64,000 bases of DNA, taken from positions 26,443 to 90,442 of the forward strand of contig FR880110.1 of the NCBI GenBank assembly GCA_000434555.1, read 5' to 3'. The translations under genes were made by a program, and so were the position numbers. The DNA is from Clostridium sp. CAG:524. Its GTDB lineage: Bacteria; Bacillota_I; Bacilli_A; RF39; UBA660. The notes under the pieces are model-generated. The model saw only the letters and a list, made by a program, of their open reading frames with translations. It searched no databases and was not told the origin of the DNA. Positions 63,063 to 64,000 of this stretch are shown here, piece by piece (the stretch's first letter is position 1; each line of letters opens with the position of its first letter).

Positions 63063-64000
63063 TGGCAAAAGAAAAAGAAACAACTATAATAGAAAAGATA
63101 AATGATTTTGCTCTTGAAGAAATCATGGGAGAACGTTTTGGTAGATATGCTAAATATATTATTCAAGATAGGGCACTACCAGACGTACGTGATGGACTAA
63201 AACCTGTTCAAAGAAGAATACTTTATTCAATGTATAAAGATAAAAATACATATGATAAAGAAACAAGAAAATCTGCTAAAACAGTAGGTAATGTTATAGG
63301 TAATTACCATCCACATGGAGATACATCTGTTTATGATGCGATGGTAAGACTTAGTCAAAAATGGAAACAAAGAGTAATACTTGTAGATATGCAAGGAAAT
63401 AATGGTTCAATTGATGGAGATGGGCCAGCCGCAATGCGTTATACAGAAGCGAGACTTGCTAAAATAAGTAATGTACTTTTAGAAGATATAGATAAAGATT
63501 CAGTTGAAATGGCTTTAACATTTGATGATTATAGCTATGAACCAACAGTTTTACCAGCATACTTTCCAAATCTTTTAGTAAATGGTTCAACTGGTATAAG
63601 TGCTGGATATGCAACTAATATCCCACCACACAATTTAGGTGAAGTAATAGATGCAACTATTAAAAGAATAGATAGTCCTAATTGTAGAATTGATACAATA
63701 ATGGATATAGTAAAAGGCCCAGACTTTCCAACTGGTGGTATAGTTGAAGGAAAAGATGCTCTTATAAAAGCATATACAACTGGTAAAGGAAAAGTAGTGG
63801 TAAAAGCAAGATATGATTTTGATAATACAAAAGGTAAAAATCAAATAATCATAACAGAAATTCCATATGATACTATCAAGAAAAACATAATAAGTAAAAT
63901 AGAAGAAATAAGACTTGATAAAAAAATAGATGGAATATTTGAAGTAAGAGATGAATCAGATAGAAATGATGAACTTCGTATAGTTATAGAGCTTAAGAAG
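63062..64000 (+). CDS. parC: DNA topoisomerase IV subunit A, 3' partial (runs off the window)
   Basis: [34 protein letters not shown] and [32 protein letters not shown]...[23 protein letters not shown] match Gram-positive ParC rather than GyrA. The frame is open to position 64000. Confidence 0.82.
   Translation, partial: MAKEKETTIIEKINDFALEEIMGERFGRYAKYIIQDRALPDVRDGLKPVQRRILYSMYKDKNTYDKETRKSAKTVGNVIGNYHPHGDTSVYDAMVRLSQKWKQRVILVDMQGNNGSIDGDGPAAMRYTEARLAKISNVLLEDIDKDSVEMALTFDDYSYEPTVLPAYFPNLLVNGSTGISAGYATNIPPHNLGEVIDATIKRIDSPNCRIDTIMDIVKGPDFPTGGIVEGKDALIKAYTTGKGKVVVKARYDFDNTKGKNQIIITEIPYDTIKKNIISKIEEIRLDKKIDGIFEVRDESDRNDELRIVIELKK

Overview
Visibly AT-rich Firmicutes chromosome segment using the standard genetic code (TGA is a stop, Trp is TGG). 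The gene content (YunB, YutD and SpoVIF-like proteins, FemAB, ParE/ParC, a Gram-positive T4SS) suggests a spore-forming Erysipelotrichia/Clostridia-like organism. Layout: (i) 1-10.8 kb is the distal part of a conjugative element that continues off the left edge. It encodes a VirB6/TrbL-like protein, a PrgI-like protein, a VirB4 ATPase split into two coupled ORFs, a 1026-aa CHAP hydrolase, a membrane-anchored 267-aa protein and a VirD4/TraG coupling protein with a long disordered tail. (ii) 10.8-27.6 kb is core genes: rhodanese, DedA/TVP38, rmuC, uppP, a seven-gene NAD salvage operon pncA-pncB-nadE-nadD-pncC-nrtR-nadK, a DD-carboxypeptidase, rluB, ferredoxin, yunB/yutD and an S1-domain protein. 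The NAD operon sits behind a consensus promoter with two 27-bp palindromic operators. (iii) 27.66-28.78 kb is an array of 12 tRNA genes, all with encoded CCA. (iv) 28.8-31.3 kb is a small accessory islet: CTAG-rich palindromes and repeats, tRNA-fragment matches, a solitary MutH/MvaI/BcnI-like endonuclease with no methyltransferase nearby, and two small unknown genes. This islet is the best candidate for something undescribed, but the evidence is only suggestive. (v) 31.3-64 kb is core genes: second DD-carboxypeptidase, rny, SDR, Trx plus Trx-CcdA fusion, femAB-family, eno, secG, rnr, smpB, secE, nusG, rbr, ADH, rplK, rplA, ftsA, ftsZ, rimM, trmD, hisS, tRNA-Ile/Glu, parE and partial parC. Protein-level oddities there are a LysM-like insertion in RNase R, a ~60-aa acidic tail on ribosomal protein L11, broken secE-nusG-rplKA-rplJL synteny, a lipoprotein that seems to need a non-AUG start, and an orphan prepilin gene. 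I saw no CRISPR array, rRNA, transposase, integrase or relaxase in the window.
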